Below, in pieces: positions 27,550 to 39,943 of a DNA stretch of 64,000 nucleotides. The stretch comes from the human T2T-CHM13v2.0 reference genome, Homo sapiens. The position numbers were made by a program, and so were the translations under genes. Numbering within the stretch: the first letter of the stretch is position 1; each line of letters opens with the position of its first letter. The notes beneath the pieces were generated by a model that saw nothing but the letters and a program-made list of their open reading frames with translations, had not been told where the DNA came from and did no database searches. The stretch lies in the NCBI RefSeq assembly GCF_009914755.1, contig NC_060934.1; one strand, written 5' to 3'.

Positions 27550-29153
27550 AAGGCCATCCTCAGAAGCATGAGTGGAACAGAGTGAAGGGAAAGCTATTTT
27601 CTTCTAAAGCTCAAAAATCTTGAACTTTCAAATAGGAATAAGTGTTATTTTTGCTCCAAGCACACATTTGAGAAATCTTCCATTTAGCGGATCTGATGAT
27701 AAACCCACATTTTTTGTTTGTTTTAATCTGAAAATGTATTTGTATGGTTCTTGGAAATTTTTTTTGCATATAAAATTATATTTTATCAGCTTATTTCAAG
27801 TTTTATTTACCATTTTATAATTACTCCTAAAATGTCATTGATTAAAGAAAGAATCATCTATTGCTCCAACTGTTCTTTACTAAAGGTAATTTTCTTTTTA
27901 ACCTCATCAGGCTCCTTTTAAGCTCTCAAACTGACCTTATTTTTTTTTTACAGATTCAATGCATTAAGTCAATTTATTTGACTGAATTTATTTATGTATT
28001 TATTTTCGCTATCACAAGTAGAAAAAGCCTGTAAGTTGCTATGCCAAAATCCTGCCTCTAGATGGCAAACAAACCCCACAATACACAAAAGAGAGCCAAA
28101 TTCTTAGAAACCCTGGGAAAGGAAGAGGGCTACTGTCCCATTAACAACTTGGAGCCCTTAAGGCAAGAATGAGGTGGAACATCTGGAACATCTGGGAGGA
28201 GACAGCAGGGTGCAGAGTAGTGGGGAACCTGCTCTGTGCTCTGAGACTGAAAGCCCAGCCTTGCCTCTCACCGCTGCCTTGACTGTGTCCCCATCTGCTG
28301 TGAAGTGAATGGTGTCTTCTAAATTCATGCTGAGCCCTAATTGCTGAAAAGTGTAAGACATGCAATGGGGGGATTATGTGCATCTTCCTGACACCAACAT
28401 GATGCTGAGGAAGGAGACTTCTTGTTTTCTCTTAGGATTCTTTTACTAACCAAGATTTTGCCTCTACTGCGTATTTCCCTTTGCTGATTGTCCCTCCCTT
28501 TTGACAGAAGATGGCCCAGGGCATTCACTACTAAGTCTCAACCTCTTACCCAAAGTCGTCAGTCTAGGGTTGCTCTTTCCTTCATGCTATTTTTGTGTGT
28601 TTCTTTTCTTGTAATCATCTTGGCAATAAAATAATCACTTTTTTCTTTCTACCTATTAAAGATGTTACCTTAGTTAATTACAGTGGTTTCCTTCAGAATG
28701 ATAAATAGTCTTTCAAAATGATGTAAAGAGATCTAAATCCGTGTGCTCCAGAAGTTGAAAGAAGCTCTGTCTAGCACGGGTGCCAGTGACTCTCCCAGAG
28801 TGCTCCATGCAGCTGGCCCCACAGAGTCCCTCTGTGCTGTCATATCACCCACTGCCTTCTGTGAATGAGATATTCTGATTGGAATCCTGGTGGATGCTAT
28901 TTGAGCCAGTGCCCCCACAACTCCTATGAAAGCCGAGGACCACAGGCCCCTGAAGACAATCACAGGTCTCTAGACTCACAGCTCATGACCGTCCTCTGCA
29001 GACACAACTTCTCCCCGGATGGCTGAGGGTTGTCATTGTCTGTGTCCTTCCTTGTGCATGACAACAGGAGACATAGAAGGTCTGTAAGCAGCCCTGCAAG
29101 CCAGTTTCTGAGCAAGCCCTCCTGTGTGGGGCCCTCTTACCTGGACATAGGTG

Positions 29154-30002
29154 CGTAAACCAAAAATGAAACTCTAAGCTCCCTAACCAACTGAATGAAC
29201 TCCTCCTCTCAGCCAAGGACACACCAAAATCAACTTGAAATACAATGCAGTCCATGATCGGAATGGATGATTGGATATGCCTTAACTTACCCTCTTCCCT
29301 TTAAAATTCAGGCACAACTGACCAGCTTTTAATATGAAGACAGAGACCTTGAGACTGACAAAGAAAACTCTTTATACCAATAAGATACCAATGTGACAGA
29401 TACCACGTCCTAAGAGAAATCAAAGTATTTTCCCCAAGATATTGTTATTTAATGTATTTAAAAATGCCTCTGCAAAGCTGGTTCTTGTGGGAAAAATCTA
29501 CATTCTGTAGAGATTCCTTTTTAAGTCTCTTTCCTGACCCAGAGAGATTTAACTAAGAGTTTGGCACCTTTTAAGTCTACTAAGAAACAATTACAATCTA
29601 TTCTCTCTGAAGCCTGCTACCTGGAGGCTTCATCTGCATGATGCAATCTTGGCTCCAAAACCCTTTTTCTAAACCCAGAAACTCCCTTGTGTTGATTACA
29701 GGTCATTAAATAAACTATTTCAACCACCTATGAAATCTTTGAATCCAACTATGACCTGGAAGTCCCCAACATCCCCCCTCCTTTGGGCTGTCCTGTCTTT
29801 CCATATCAAAGCAATGTACAGCTTACACGTATTGATTGATATCTTATGTCTCCCGAAAACGTGTAAAATCAACCTGTAGCCCAACGACCTTTGACACACT
29901 TTCTCAAGACCTCCTGAGGCTGTTTCACTGATATTTCTTTAACTTTGACAAAATAAATTTCTAAACTGATTGAGACTTTTCTCAGATACTTATTTGTTTA
30001 TA
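29154..30002 (+). mobile_element. ERV1 solo LTR, MER4 family
   Basis: Starts (C)GTAAACCAAAAATGAAACTCTAAG; contains CTGAAGCCTGCTACCTGGAGGCTTCATCTGCATG and AATAAA; ends TTGTTTATA; flanked by GGTG/GGTA (4-bp TSD, one mismatch). Confidence 0.8.
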
Positions 30003-30072
30003 GGTATCACTGGATACACTTAAGGAATTGAAGAGATTTATGACATTGAGAAAACTAGGAAGCCAGGGTGTG

Positions 30073-30074
<2 letters not shown>

Positions 30075-30110
<36 letters not shown>
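30075..30110. repeat. (GA)n microsatellite
   Basis: Direct GA run. Confidence 0.95.
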
Positions 30111-30114
<4 letters not shown>

Positions 30115-30157
30115 GATGTATGTACAGGACTAACACTGAGACCTGGTTATGTAATGG

Positions 30158-30618
30158 TGTAGTACTGAGTATCATCCCCAAATAGTGAGGTTTCATTCCA
30201 AGAAGACTACGCATGTATCTCATTTGGGAAAACAGCTTTTGCAGGTGTAAATTAAGGAGCTTGAAACAGGGAGATGGTCTTAGATTAATCAACTGGGACT
30301 TAAATGCAAACTCAAGTGTCCTAAAAAAAACAAGAGGTAGAGACACATTTAGCATAGACTGAAGTGGAGAAGGCAATGTGAACACAGAGACAGAGATTGC
30401 AGTGATGTGTCCACATCCCGGGAGAGAGAAGCCACCAGAAGCTGGAAGAGCTAAATCAGACTGCTCCCTAGAGCTTCAGAAGGAGCCAGAACTGATGACT
30501 CCAAGATCTTAGCCCAGTGAAACTGATCTGGACTTCTGAACTATGAGAGATTCCATTCCTGTTGTTTGAAGCTACCACATTTTTGAGAACTTGTTACAGT
30601 AGCCCAAGGACACTAACA
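30158..30618 (+). mobile_element. MaLR LTR (MLT1C/D-like)
   Basis: GCCACCAGAAGCTGGAAGAG, CTCCCTAGAGCTTCAGAAGGAG, TTGTTACAGTAGCCC..CACTAACA end. Confidence 0.8.
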
Positions 30619-31409
30619 AAAATGGGGCTCCGGGAAAATCCAGACTAAAGGTGTTGTGTTGGTTTGCAATCTCCTTGCTTAACTTTCTGATACTAGACAT
30701 AAATAGATCAGTGAAAAATTTTGTGATTGAAGCAATGTACATGAAACCTACAGTGTACAGAGAAGCATCTGTTAGTTATAAGATAAATATCGATAATTTT
30801 AGTTGAAAATGACATATGACTGTTAATATCTCACATAACATTCTGAGTTACTCCAGAATGCATAAAAGGGGCACTAGATACTCTTCTCATGTATGTGTGT
30901 GTGTCTGTCTATACATGTATGTACACTTCATGGTGCATCAGCTGGCGGAACCCTCAGGACACCCCTTCACATCCCCAGTGCTCCATTTCACACATGAGGA
31001 AACTGTTCATGACAGCACATGGCTGATTTGCATAAAAGTCACTTGGTCAGCAGTTGTTGAAGCTGAACTTGGAATCTAGGTCTGTCTGACCTTAACTATG
31101 TTCCTTCCACAGAGCCACGTTCATTCCATAGAGGAACCCACCACCTATAAAACCAGAAAAGAGACAAAGCCAGAAGTGCAGGTTGGATTTCTTAACACAA
31201 GCTCACTGCGACCTCTAGTCCTCATCACGCTGACACTAAGCTTAAACCCAGACCCTTCTACAGTTTTGTCTACAAAGCACAATTTGCCCAAAGCCTTTAC
31301 AAACACCAACAGCCTTTCTTTCAGATATGGCAGCAGGGTCACATCTTACACGGCCCTGATCACATTTTCTCTCCTCTGCCATCCCCATCTCTCTGACTCA
31401 GTCCTCGCT

Positions 31410-31764
31410 TGCAGCCATAAAAATGGATGAGTTCATGTCCTTTGTAGGGGCATGGATGAAGCTGGAAACCATCATTCTCAGCAAACTATCGCAAGGACAA
31501 AAAAACCAATCACTGCATGTTCTCACTCACAGGTGGGAATTGAACAATGAGAACATATGGACACAGGAAGGGGAACATCACACACCAGGGCCTGTCGTGG
31601 GGTGGGGGGAGGGGGGAGGGATAGCATTAGGAGGTATACCTTATGTAAATGACGAGTTAATGGGTGCAGCACACCAACATGGCACATGTATACATATGTA
31701 ACAAACCTGCACGTTGTGCACATGTACCCTAGAACTTAAAGAACAATAATAATAATAAAAAAAA
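31410..31764 (+). mobile_element. Primate LINE-1 3' end (L1PA-type), 5'-truncated
   Basis: GATGAGTTCATGTCCTTTGTAGGG...GGGGGAGGGATAGCATTAGGAG...CACATGTACCCTAGAACTTAAAG plus A-rich tail. Confidence 0.95.
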
Positions 31765-32065
31765 GAATGAGTCTTGTACATCTAATTTGCCTCACAAATG
31801 TTAAAACAGCAAACCCGCATCCCCTTCCTCTTCTCATGTGCTGTGAGGGATGACCTCCAGGCTCTCAGATACTAAGATTGTACAAGACCTAACCCAGAGA
31901 ATTACTCAAGACACTCTACATAAGAAGAATTGTGGTGCTAGCTCTCCTCATAGAAAAATATTTTCTGTCTCTTGTTGAGATTGACAGCAAACACAAAAAC
32001 ACGGAACTATTTGGGAGAACAGAAGACAGTGATACACTAGGGAAGTAAAACACACCCCTTCCCCT

Positions 32066-32526
32066 TGCATTGGTTTCCTGTTGCTGCTGTAACAAATTAC
32101 CACAACCTTACTGCTCCACATAACACAAGTGTATTATCTTACATTTCTGGAGGTCAGAAGTCTCAATGAAGTAAAATCAAGGAGTAATAGGGCTCTATTC
32201 AGTCTAGGCTTCAAGAGAGAGAATCCAATATTGAGCATTCCGTCTTTCTGATGTTCCCACATTCCTAGCAGCCTGGCCCGTTCCTCCACCACTCCAGTTT
32301 CCCTGTCCATTGTCCCAGGTCCTCTCTGGCTGTTACCTTCCTCCCTCCCTATTGTAAGGACCCTTGTGATTATGATGGTCTCACCCAGATAATTCAGGAT
32401 ACTCTCCTGACCCCAAAATTCTCAACCATGTCTGCCGAGTTATTTTTGACATATTCATAAGTAACGATCATAGATTCCAGATATTAGGACAATGATGTCT
32501 TTAGTGGGTGTATTATTCATTCCACA
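32066..32526 (-). mobile_element. MaLR LTR (MLT1-like), antisense
   Basis: GCTGCTGTAACAAATTACCAC..., TCTGGAGGTCAGAAGTC, TAAGGACCCTTGTGATTA, CCCAGATAATTCAGGAT. Confidence 0.8.
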
Positions 32527-33449
32527 AACAACTCTCATCATCCACACAATGGTCTTCCCCTAAGGTAGAATAAAAATATCACAAGGCAGATTTATGAGGC
32601 GATCGACCTAGAAAAAACCTGAGACTCTAGGACTGTCTGATGTGTGGATGTCAAATCCTGGGAGATTCTGAGTCTCTGCTCTATGTGGACTCTATGTTGT
32701 GTAGCCATTTGTGGAAGGCTTCTGTGATTTTGTGACCTAGAGAAAATGAATCTCTGCTAAAATCAAATCTAAGAAAGATTGGCAAAGGGAATTTAAATAT
32801 TTCCTAAATTTTTGGAATTTCCCTAGGCATTAAAACATGAGAAGTGGCAATAATTCAAACCAACGATGCCCTCCAAGAATAAGGATTTTTCCAATGCATT
32901 AGGTTGGGTCCCCTCAGTGAGAAGGATGCCAAAGATTCGCATGTAGACAGTATATTTACAAAGTGCGGGAAACAAGCAAGTGAGCAAGGGAGGGGAGGAG
33001 GGAAAGGGAAAGTGAAAGGTGCCTCAGAAGGAGCCACCTCTGAGGATGACGAGAGCTCAAGCCCACATAGAAACACAGGAAAAATGCCTCTGTTATTCCA
33101 CCTGAGAGGTGAGGGAGCTGGGGGATGTGTACACCTCCCTTGTCATCACTGATTGACAGCCGTCCTAGGGGATGCTAATTCCAGGCCATGAGGTCTGCCT
33201 CATTTGCAGCCTGAGCTGCTTCCCCAGGTTCAGATAGAGCAGTGAAGGGGAGAAAGGGCCATAGAGAGTCAGCTGAAGTATAATGACTAGAATCCCCAAG
33301 GCGTAGTAACAATGACTGCTAAAATTATGCACAAAGAAAAAGCGCATTTGAATCCAGAGATGTATCTCTCTGAATCTGGATATATGGATCCTGGCAGCCT
33401 GTTCAGTAGCCATTTCCCAGAAATCCAGTCCTCTGGAAAAGCAGCAGGA

Positions 33450-33888
33450 GGTTTGTGCACAGGCTGCACTACCTTGGTCTGGCCACTGGTAGTCGTGCAT
33501 GAGAACTACTCCCTGGAGTATTTCTCAGTCCACTGACACTGATGTAATTGGCTCCACTTCCCCTGCTGTTGAGCCAGGCCAACATGCCCTGGACAAAGGC
33601 ATCTGTGTGAAGTATTGAGGTTCAAATCAGTGCTTAAGATATGTTTGGATGCAAAATACTTTTTCATCTACATGGGCAGTGTCTTGGCAGAAGATGGAGA
33701 TTCTCTCTAAATGGATGTGAGACAGGGTGGCTGGCATCTGGGTCAGTATGATGCCCTGGTGCATGGCAAGAACATGCATTGGGCAGCAGCTGCCCTCACT
33801 AAGGAGAGAGGTTCACTGACCTGGCTTTTCACCCCTCACCTGCTCTCCAGAAAGCCAGACTCTAGGGCAGATGCTCCTGAGACTCCAA
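33450..33888 (-). pseudogene. Highly decayed IGKV relic (leader exon, intron, V exon, degenerate RSS)
   Basis: Minus strand: 49-nt leader exon 33888-33840 (TTG GAG TCT CAG GAG CAT CTG...TGG AGA GCA G|GTGAGG, Trp at codon 14); FR1 IILTQMPATLSHIHLERISIFC; FR3 GMLAWLNSRGSGANYI-SVSGL; CDR3-like MHDYQWP; RSS-like CAAGGTA-GTGCAGCCTGT-GCACAAACC at 33476-33450. Stops and frameshifts present. Confidence 0.8.
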
Positions 33889-34735
33889 GAACAGTCTGGT
33901 GGGGAGCGCAGCTGAGAGCATTACTCAGGGGATGTGGCTTTTGTCATCCTACTTTGAAACAATTGACTATCTGAGCCTAGATTGATAGAGGGCTTCAAGT
34001 TGATTTTAATCCAGGCTCCTATAGTCAGCGAGTGAAACAGAGATTTTAGTTGAAATAATGACACCTGGTATTACTAGTCAGCTCTCCATGCTGGAGAACC
34101 ATAAGAAATTATACCAAAGGCAGGAAAGGGGATAGATAGAATATGGGGATCATCACGCCAAGAATAAGGTGCAGCCCATTTAGCCCCTGGGTCTTAAAGA
34201 GACCCATAGCTCTGGATAATGGCAGATCTATGCCTGACACAGTTATCATCTTTGTGCATCTTCAGAGAATTGTTTTTCCTTTTACTCCTAGGAACAATGT
34301 CTTAAGTTTGTTAGTAAATTCTATTTAATTTATTAAAGATGCTGCTGATAAATTCTTTTTATATTCATTTCAAAAAAGAAGCAATTTCACACCGACAGAG
34401 ACATTGTTATTATAGCACTAAATACTTTTACACTCATCAAATTCCTTTGAGACTAACTGAAATTTCTGACAGCCCTACATTCTACTACTTTATTGTAAAT
34501 TTTCTGCCAAAAAGGATGCTTTCCTATACACTCCTAATACAAGTATAAATATATTATTTAATCTAGTCTTAGGTTGATTTAAAATTTTGAAAATTCACTC
34601 CAAAAATATGTTCTGTAACCATATGGCCACCAATGAGAAATGTATTCTTTCAAGGTAAATCTGTGCTGTCCTGGTCTGACCTGGGACTCTGGGGATACTG
34701 CGCCCGTGTGCTGAGTTACTGAGATGAGCCAGCCC

Positions 34736-34817
34736 TGCAGCTGTGCTCAGCCTGCCCCATCCCCTGCTGATTTGCCTGTTCCTAGAGCACAGCCCCCTGC
34801 CCTGAAGAATTTTTATA
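34736..34817 (+). promoter_or_regulatory. Vk promoter: pentadecamer, mutated octamer, TATA-like box
   Basis: TGCAGCTGTGCTCAG at 34736-34750; ATTTGCCT at 34770-34777 (canonical ATTTGCAT); TTTTATA at 34811-34817. Confidence 0.85.
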
Positions 34818-34863
34818 GGCTGTTCACACCCGGTGCAGGAGTCAGCCCCAGTCAGGACACAGC

Positions 34864-35340
34864 ACAGAAGTGAGGGCCCCCACTCAGCTCCTGGGGCTCC
34901 TGGTGCTCTGGCTGCCAGGTAAGGAAGGAGAACACTAGGATTATACTCGGTCAGTGTGCTCAGTACTGTCTGGAACTTCAGGGAAGTCCTCTGATAACAT
35001 GATTAATTGCAAGAATATTTGTTTTTATGTTTCCAACTTCAGGTGCCAGATGTGACATCCAGATGACCCAGTCTCCATCCTCCCTGTCTGCATCTGTAGG
35101 AGACAGAGTCACCATCACTTGCCGGGCGAGTCAGGGCATTAGCAATAATTTAAATTGGTATCAGCAGAAACCAGGGAAAACTCCTAAGCTCCTGATCTAT
35201 GCTGCATCCAGTCTGCAAAGTGGGATTCCCTCTCGGTTCAGTGACAGTGGATCTGGGACAGATTACACTCTCACCATCAGCAGCCTGCAGCCTGAAGATT
35301 TTGCAACTTATTACTGTCAACAGAGTGACAGTACCTCTCC
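34864..35340 (+). pseudogene. IGKV1OR10-1: Immunoglobulin kappa variable subgroup 1 orphon (Z-family-like) pseudogene
   Basis: 55-nt leader exon 34864-34918 with both ATGs lost (ACA GAA GTG AGG GCC CCC ACT CAG CTC CTG...); GT-AG intron 34919-35042; open V exon [95 protein letters not shown]; no J or C segment nearby; HSat2 context. The orphon call is firm. The paralog symbol is tentative (from my recollection of the 3' end ACAGTACCTCTCC), since near-identical orphons lie on several chromosomes. Confidence 0.9.
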
Positions 35341-35368
35341 CACAGTGTTACAAGTCATAACATAAACC
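35341..35368 (+). promoter_or_regulatory. V(D)J recombination signal sequence (12-RSS)
   Basis: CACAGTG + 12-nt spacer TTACAAGTCATA + ACATAAACC directly after the V exon. Confidence 0.95.
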
Positions 35369-36318
35369 CCAAGGAAGCAGATGTGTGAGGCTGGGCTGCC
35401 CCAATGCTCTTTCTGGTGCCTCTATCTGCTGAGGGAAGTTCTCAAACTCAGTCAGGTTTGGAAAGTCATTGGGAGATTTTCCTAGAGGAGGTCAGGAGGT
35501 TCCTCTGAACCCTAAGCCTCTTTCGCCCTCATCCCCAGCAGAAAAGACGTGACAATGCCTGTCCTGACTGAATAAAGAAGAGAGATAAGTCCAGCTGAGG
35601 AGTCTGTGTTATGGGATAATCGGAATTTGTACAGCAAAAGAGAAGCTATTCTCAGTATTTCAAGGAGAAATTATTCAAGTTGAATAAATTAGAGTCTAAA
35701 CCACAGTCTTTCCGAAGCCTGTGGAGTGTTATTCATGAAGTAGGTACTAGACACAGGGGATTCTCAGGTGCTACTTCAGAAGCCATGGTGCACCTGCACC
35801 TGGTGGTATGTGCTGAACACTGTGTGATGATCCTCGGTCCTGTCTGGGAAGCCCAGGGCTGGGGGTGCTGATGCTCTCAGCTGCCTGCAGCACATCTCCA
35901 GGTGATTCTCCAGTCCACACCTAACTGCATGTGTTTTACTTCAGGTGTCAGTGTACATGAATCCACCACTCTGACTTCCCAATCTCATGACAGTAATTAG
36001 TTGTAACTTATTGTGACCTCATGGAGCAACTCTGAAGAAACCATAGAGAGAAAAGGAGTTTTGGAAAATGTGCTCCCAGAAGTGATAGTAATGATGGGGA
36101 ATTGACAGCTGACGGGGAAGTAAGGTGACTCTTTCCACAAGGCTCAACATTTTGCCAGTTATGAATTGTTGCAAAATACATTTGAATGTGCTTTCAAGTA
36201 CTATCAGTTTGGGGTCATAGCTGAAAAACTTATATTAAGTCACAGATAAAATGGGAAAATCAGGAAATTGTATGAAATATACAATAACACTGTGTGTGAT
36301 GGCTCAGGTCTGTAATCC

Positions 36319-36759
36319 TGTGATAGTTAATACTGATTGTCAACTTGATTACATTGAAGGATGTAAGCATTGCTCCTGGGTGTGTCTGTGAGGGTGTTGT
36401 CCAAGGAGATTAATATTTGAGTCAGTAGTCTGGGGAAGGCAGACCCCCTACTTAATCTATGGGCACCATTTAACCAGCTGCCAGTGAATATAAAGCAGGC
36501 AGAAAAAAGTGAAAAAGTGAGTCTGGCCCAGCCTCCAAGCCTACATCTCTCTCCCGTCCTGGATGCTTCCTACCCTTGAACATCGGACTCCAAGTTCTTT
36601 AGTTTTGAGACTCGAGCTGGCTTTCCTTACTCCTCACTCCTCATGCCTGCAGACAGCCTGCTGTGGGACCTTGTGATCCTGTAAGTTAATATGTAATAAA
36701 CCCATATATATATATTGAACTTATTAGTTTTGTCCCTCTAGAGAACCCTCACTAATACA
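36319..36759 (+). mobile_element. HERV-L 5' LTR (MLT2A-type)
   Basis: TGTGATAGTTAATACTGATTGTCAACTTGATT... to ...CTCTAGAGAACCCTCACTAATACA, followed by PBS-like GATTTCGGTACCAGGA. Confidence 0.9.
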
Positions 36760-39700
36760 GATTTCGGTACCAGGATGGTTCTGCAGGAACAGAATATTAA
36801 GGTTGGAGTTCTTTTGTTGGTTTTGGGGTTTCTGGATTTGGCTGCTAAATATGATTAGATCCCAAAATGCTAAGGACTCTACTTTTAATAGTGTAGAGAA
36901 CATTGACAGTTCTTGGCATGAAAGGTTTAAACAGCTATGCAAAACAAATTCATTTGACACTAATGAATCATCGCTCTTGAGAGGCAAGGAGTTTAGTGAC
37001 TCTGTACCTAATACCCTTGACAAACACCTTGCAAAATAGATTTGTGAGGACAGCACCTGCATCTTTGAAGAGCCCTGTAAAGGCTCTTCTCTGTATGTCA
37101 GATCTAATGGTGAGAACTGCAGTCACTCAGTTACAAAAGTTAAATACAATTTGGAATAATTGGATCCTGAAGTGGCAGGGGCCAAGTGTTAGCACTCAAC
37201 CCTCAAAGGCACGGTGAGCGTAGCTACGGTAATGGGCAGAAAAGACAAAGCAGCAATCTGAACAGTCTGACTCATGTAGAGCTCTGGCATTGGCTAACTA
37301 ATCACAGTTTTCCTAGAAGTGAAACTGACAGGAAGACTAATGCATTCCTACTTAATTTATGTAAGGAGGAAACTTAAGGTCAAACAGATAAAAGACTAAT
37401 TGGAGTTATAAAAACAGAGATTCATGGCCCCTCAATCAATTTCCAGCCTTGAGCCAGTTTACAGACCCAGAACCCCTTGAATGAAGGGGAGGCTGAGTCC
37501 CCCTGAGGTGTCCGTGGCAGATAGGAATGCTGCTTTGAGGCTTTGGCAGGCATCCTTAGGTGAATCATGGTGGAGGCCCCTAGTATTTTGCAGCAAGGCC
37601 CGGTCATCTTCTCCAGTTAACTACTCTCCTTTTGAGAGACAGCTCTTGTCCTATACTGGGCTTTTGTGGAAACTGAACATTTGACTATGAGTCAACAAGT
37701 CACCATGCGACCTGAACTGCCTATTGTGAACTGGGTGCTTTCTGACTCATGTAGCCATAAAGTGGGTCATGTACAGCAGCATTCCATCATCAAATGGAAA
37801 TGGTGTATAAGTGATTGGGCTCAAGCAGGTCCTGGGGGGCACAAGTAAGTTACATGAGGAAGTGGCTCAAATGCGCATGGTCTCTACTCCTGCCACCCTG
37901 CCTTCTCTCCCACGGCCAGCACTGATGACCTCATGGGGACTTGCCTTTGAGCAGTTGACACAGGAAGGGAGGACTAGGGCCTGGTTCACAGATGGTTCTC
38001 CACAATAGGCAGGTACCACCCAAAAGTGGACGGCTGAAGCACTACAGCCCCTTTCTAGGACATCCCTGAAGGACAGTGGTGAAGGACAATCTTCCCAGTG
38101 GGCAGAACATTGAGCAGTGCACCTGATTGTGCACTTTGCATGGAAGGAGATATTTCCAGATGTGCGGTTATATACTGATTCATGGGCTGTAGCCAATGGT
38201 TTGGCTGGATGGTCAGGGACTTGGAAGAAGCATGATTGGAAAATTGGTGACAAAGAAACTTGGAGAAAGAGTATGTAGAGGGACCTCTCTGAGTGGTCAA
38301 AAACTGAAGATATTTGTACCCTGTGTGAGTGTTGACCAACAAGTGACTTCAGCAGAGGAGGATTTTGATAATCAAGTGGATAAGATGACCCGTTCTGTGG
38401 ATACCACTCAGCCTCTTTCCTCAGACACCCCTGTCATTGTCCAATGAGCCCATGAACATAGTGGCCATGGTGTCAGGGATGGAGGCTATGCATGGATTCA
38501 GCATTGTGGACATCCACTCACCAAGGCTGAACTCTCTGTGGCCACTGCTGAGTGCCCAATTTGCCAGCAGCAGCAGAGACTAACAGTGAACCCTTTGTAT
38601 GGCATCATTCACTCGGGTGATCGACCAGCTAGCCGGTGGCAGGTTGATTATATTGGACCTCTTCCACCATGGAAAGGAGAGAGGTTTGTCCTCATTGGAA
38701 CAGGCACTTACTCCGGATATGGGTTTGCCTACCTGCATGCAATGCTTCTGCCAAGACTACCATTTATGGACTCAAGGAATGCCTTATCCACTATCACGGT
38801 ATTCCACACAGCATTACCTCTGACCAAGCACTCACTTTACAGGTAAAGAAGTGAGGCAGTGGGCTCATGCTCACGGAATTCACTGGTCTTACCATATTCC
38901 CCATCTTCCTGAAGCAGCTGGATTGATAGAATGGTGGGACGGCCTTTTGAGGTCGCGATTACAACGTCAACTAGGTTACAATACTTTGCCGGGCCGGGGC
39001 ACCATACTCCAGAAGACCATGTGTGCTCTGAATCAGCGCCCAATGTATGGTATTGTTTCTCCCATAGCCAGGATTCACAGATCCAGGATTCAAGGGGTGG
39101 ATGTGAAAGTGGAACCACTCACTATGATGCACTAGCAAAATGTTTGCTTTCTGTTCCCACGACATTAGGTTCTGCTTTACTAGTCATCTTAGCTCCAGAG
39201 GGAAGAGCGCTGCTACCAGGAGACACAATAACGATTCCATTAAACTGGAAGTTAAGATGGCCACTTGGACGCTTTGGGGTCCTCCTACCTTTAAGTCAAC
39301 AAGCTAAGAATGGAGTTACAGTGTTGGCGGCAGTGATTGACCCAGACTATCAAGATGAAGTCAGTCCGCCACTCCACAACGGAAGTGAGGAAGAGTATGC
39401 ATGGAATATAGGAGATCCATTAGGGCGTCTCGTGGTATTATCAGGCACTCTGATTAAGGTAAATGGGAAACTACACCCAATCCAGGTAGGACTACAAATG
39501 GTCCAGATCCTCTCCGGGTCACGACCTGCTGAGGTGCTTGCTGAAGGCAAAGGGAATACAGAATGAATAGTGGAAGAAAGTAGTTATCAATACCAGCTAC
39601 GACTACCTGACCAGCTGCAGAAATGAGGACTGGAACTATCATGAGTATTTCCTTCTTCTTTTGTTAAAAACATATTTGTGCATGTATGCACTTGTACTAA

Positions 39701-39943
39701 GAAAATATCTTCATTTCATTTCCCTTTTCTTTATCAGGTGACATCGATTTGCTGACCTCATATCAGCATTTAAGTATTGTTTACTGTATGTAATAGTATT
39801 TGGGTTGGGGATTGGTGCATTTCCAGTTGTAGGAAGGATAGTTTATTATGTTGGGGTAATTATGATCTTACTATTGTCTGTAATTTAAGACTATGTATGA
39901 TCTCAGGAGATGTGTGTGGGTTCAAGTTCACAAGGGGTGGGCT
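36760..39943 (+). mobile_element. HERV-L internal region, internally deleted (partial gag, RT connection/RNase H, integrase, dUTPase; no env)
   Basis: gag-like WLLNMIRSQNAKDST and NRFVRTAPASLKS; RNase H TRAWFTDGS...YTDSWAVANGLAGWSGTW; integrase CPICQQ...WQVDYIGPLP...SDQ...AAGLIE; dUTPase PGDTITIPLNWKLR...GVTVLAAVIDPDYQ; polypurine tract AAGGGGTGGGCT; many stops and frameshifts. Confidence 0.92.

Noticed and set aside
25103-27623. ORFs of 400-550 aa on both strands, rich in Pro/Ala/Arg or Gly/Lys/Arg
   Set aside because: The repeat unit rarely contains stop codons; ORFs open in all six frames indicate a tandem-repeat artefact.
30158-32526. Two opposite-orientation MLT1 LTRs as terminal inverted repeats of one element
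   Set aside because: They share only family-level similarity and look like independent old solo LTRs.
35027-35365. 112-aa ORF as a functional IGKV CDS
   Set aside because: It starts at an intronic ATG and reads through the RSS; the true leader starts are mutated and there is no J or C segment.
36291-36318. Alu-like 5' stub (TGATGGCTCAGGTCTGTAATCC) just before the HERV-L, suggesting insertion into an Alu
   Set aside because: Only about 25 bp, and the continuation after the 3' LTR is not convincingly Alu.
36803-39566. HERV-L ORFs as functional gag/pol genes
   Set aside because: Fragmented by stops, frameshifts and large deletions; the RT core is absent.
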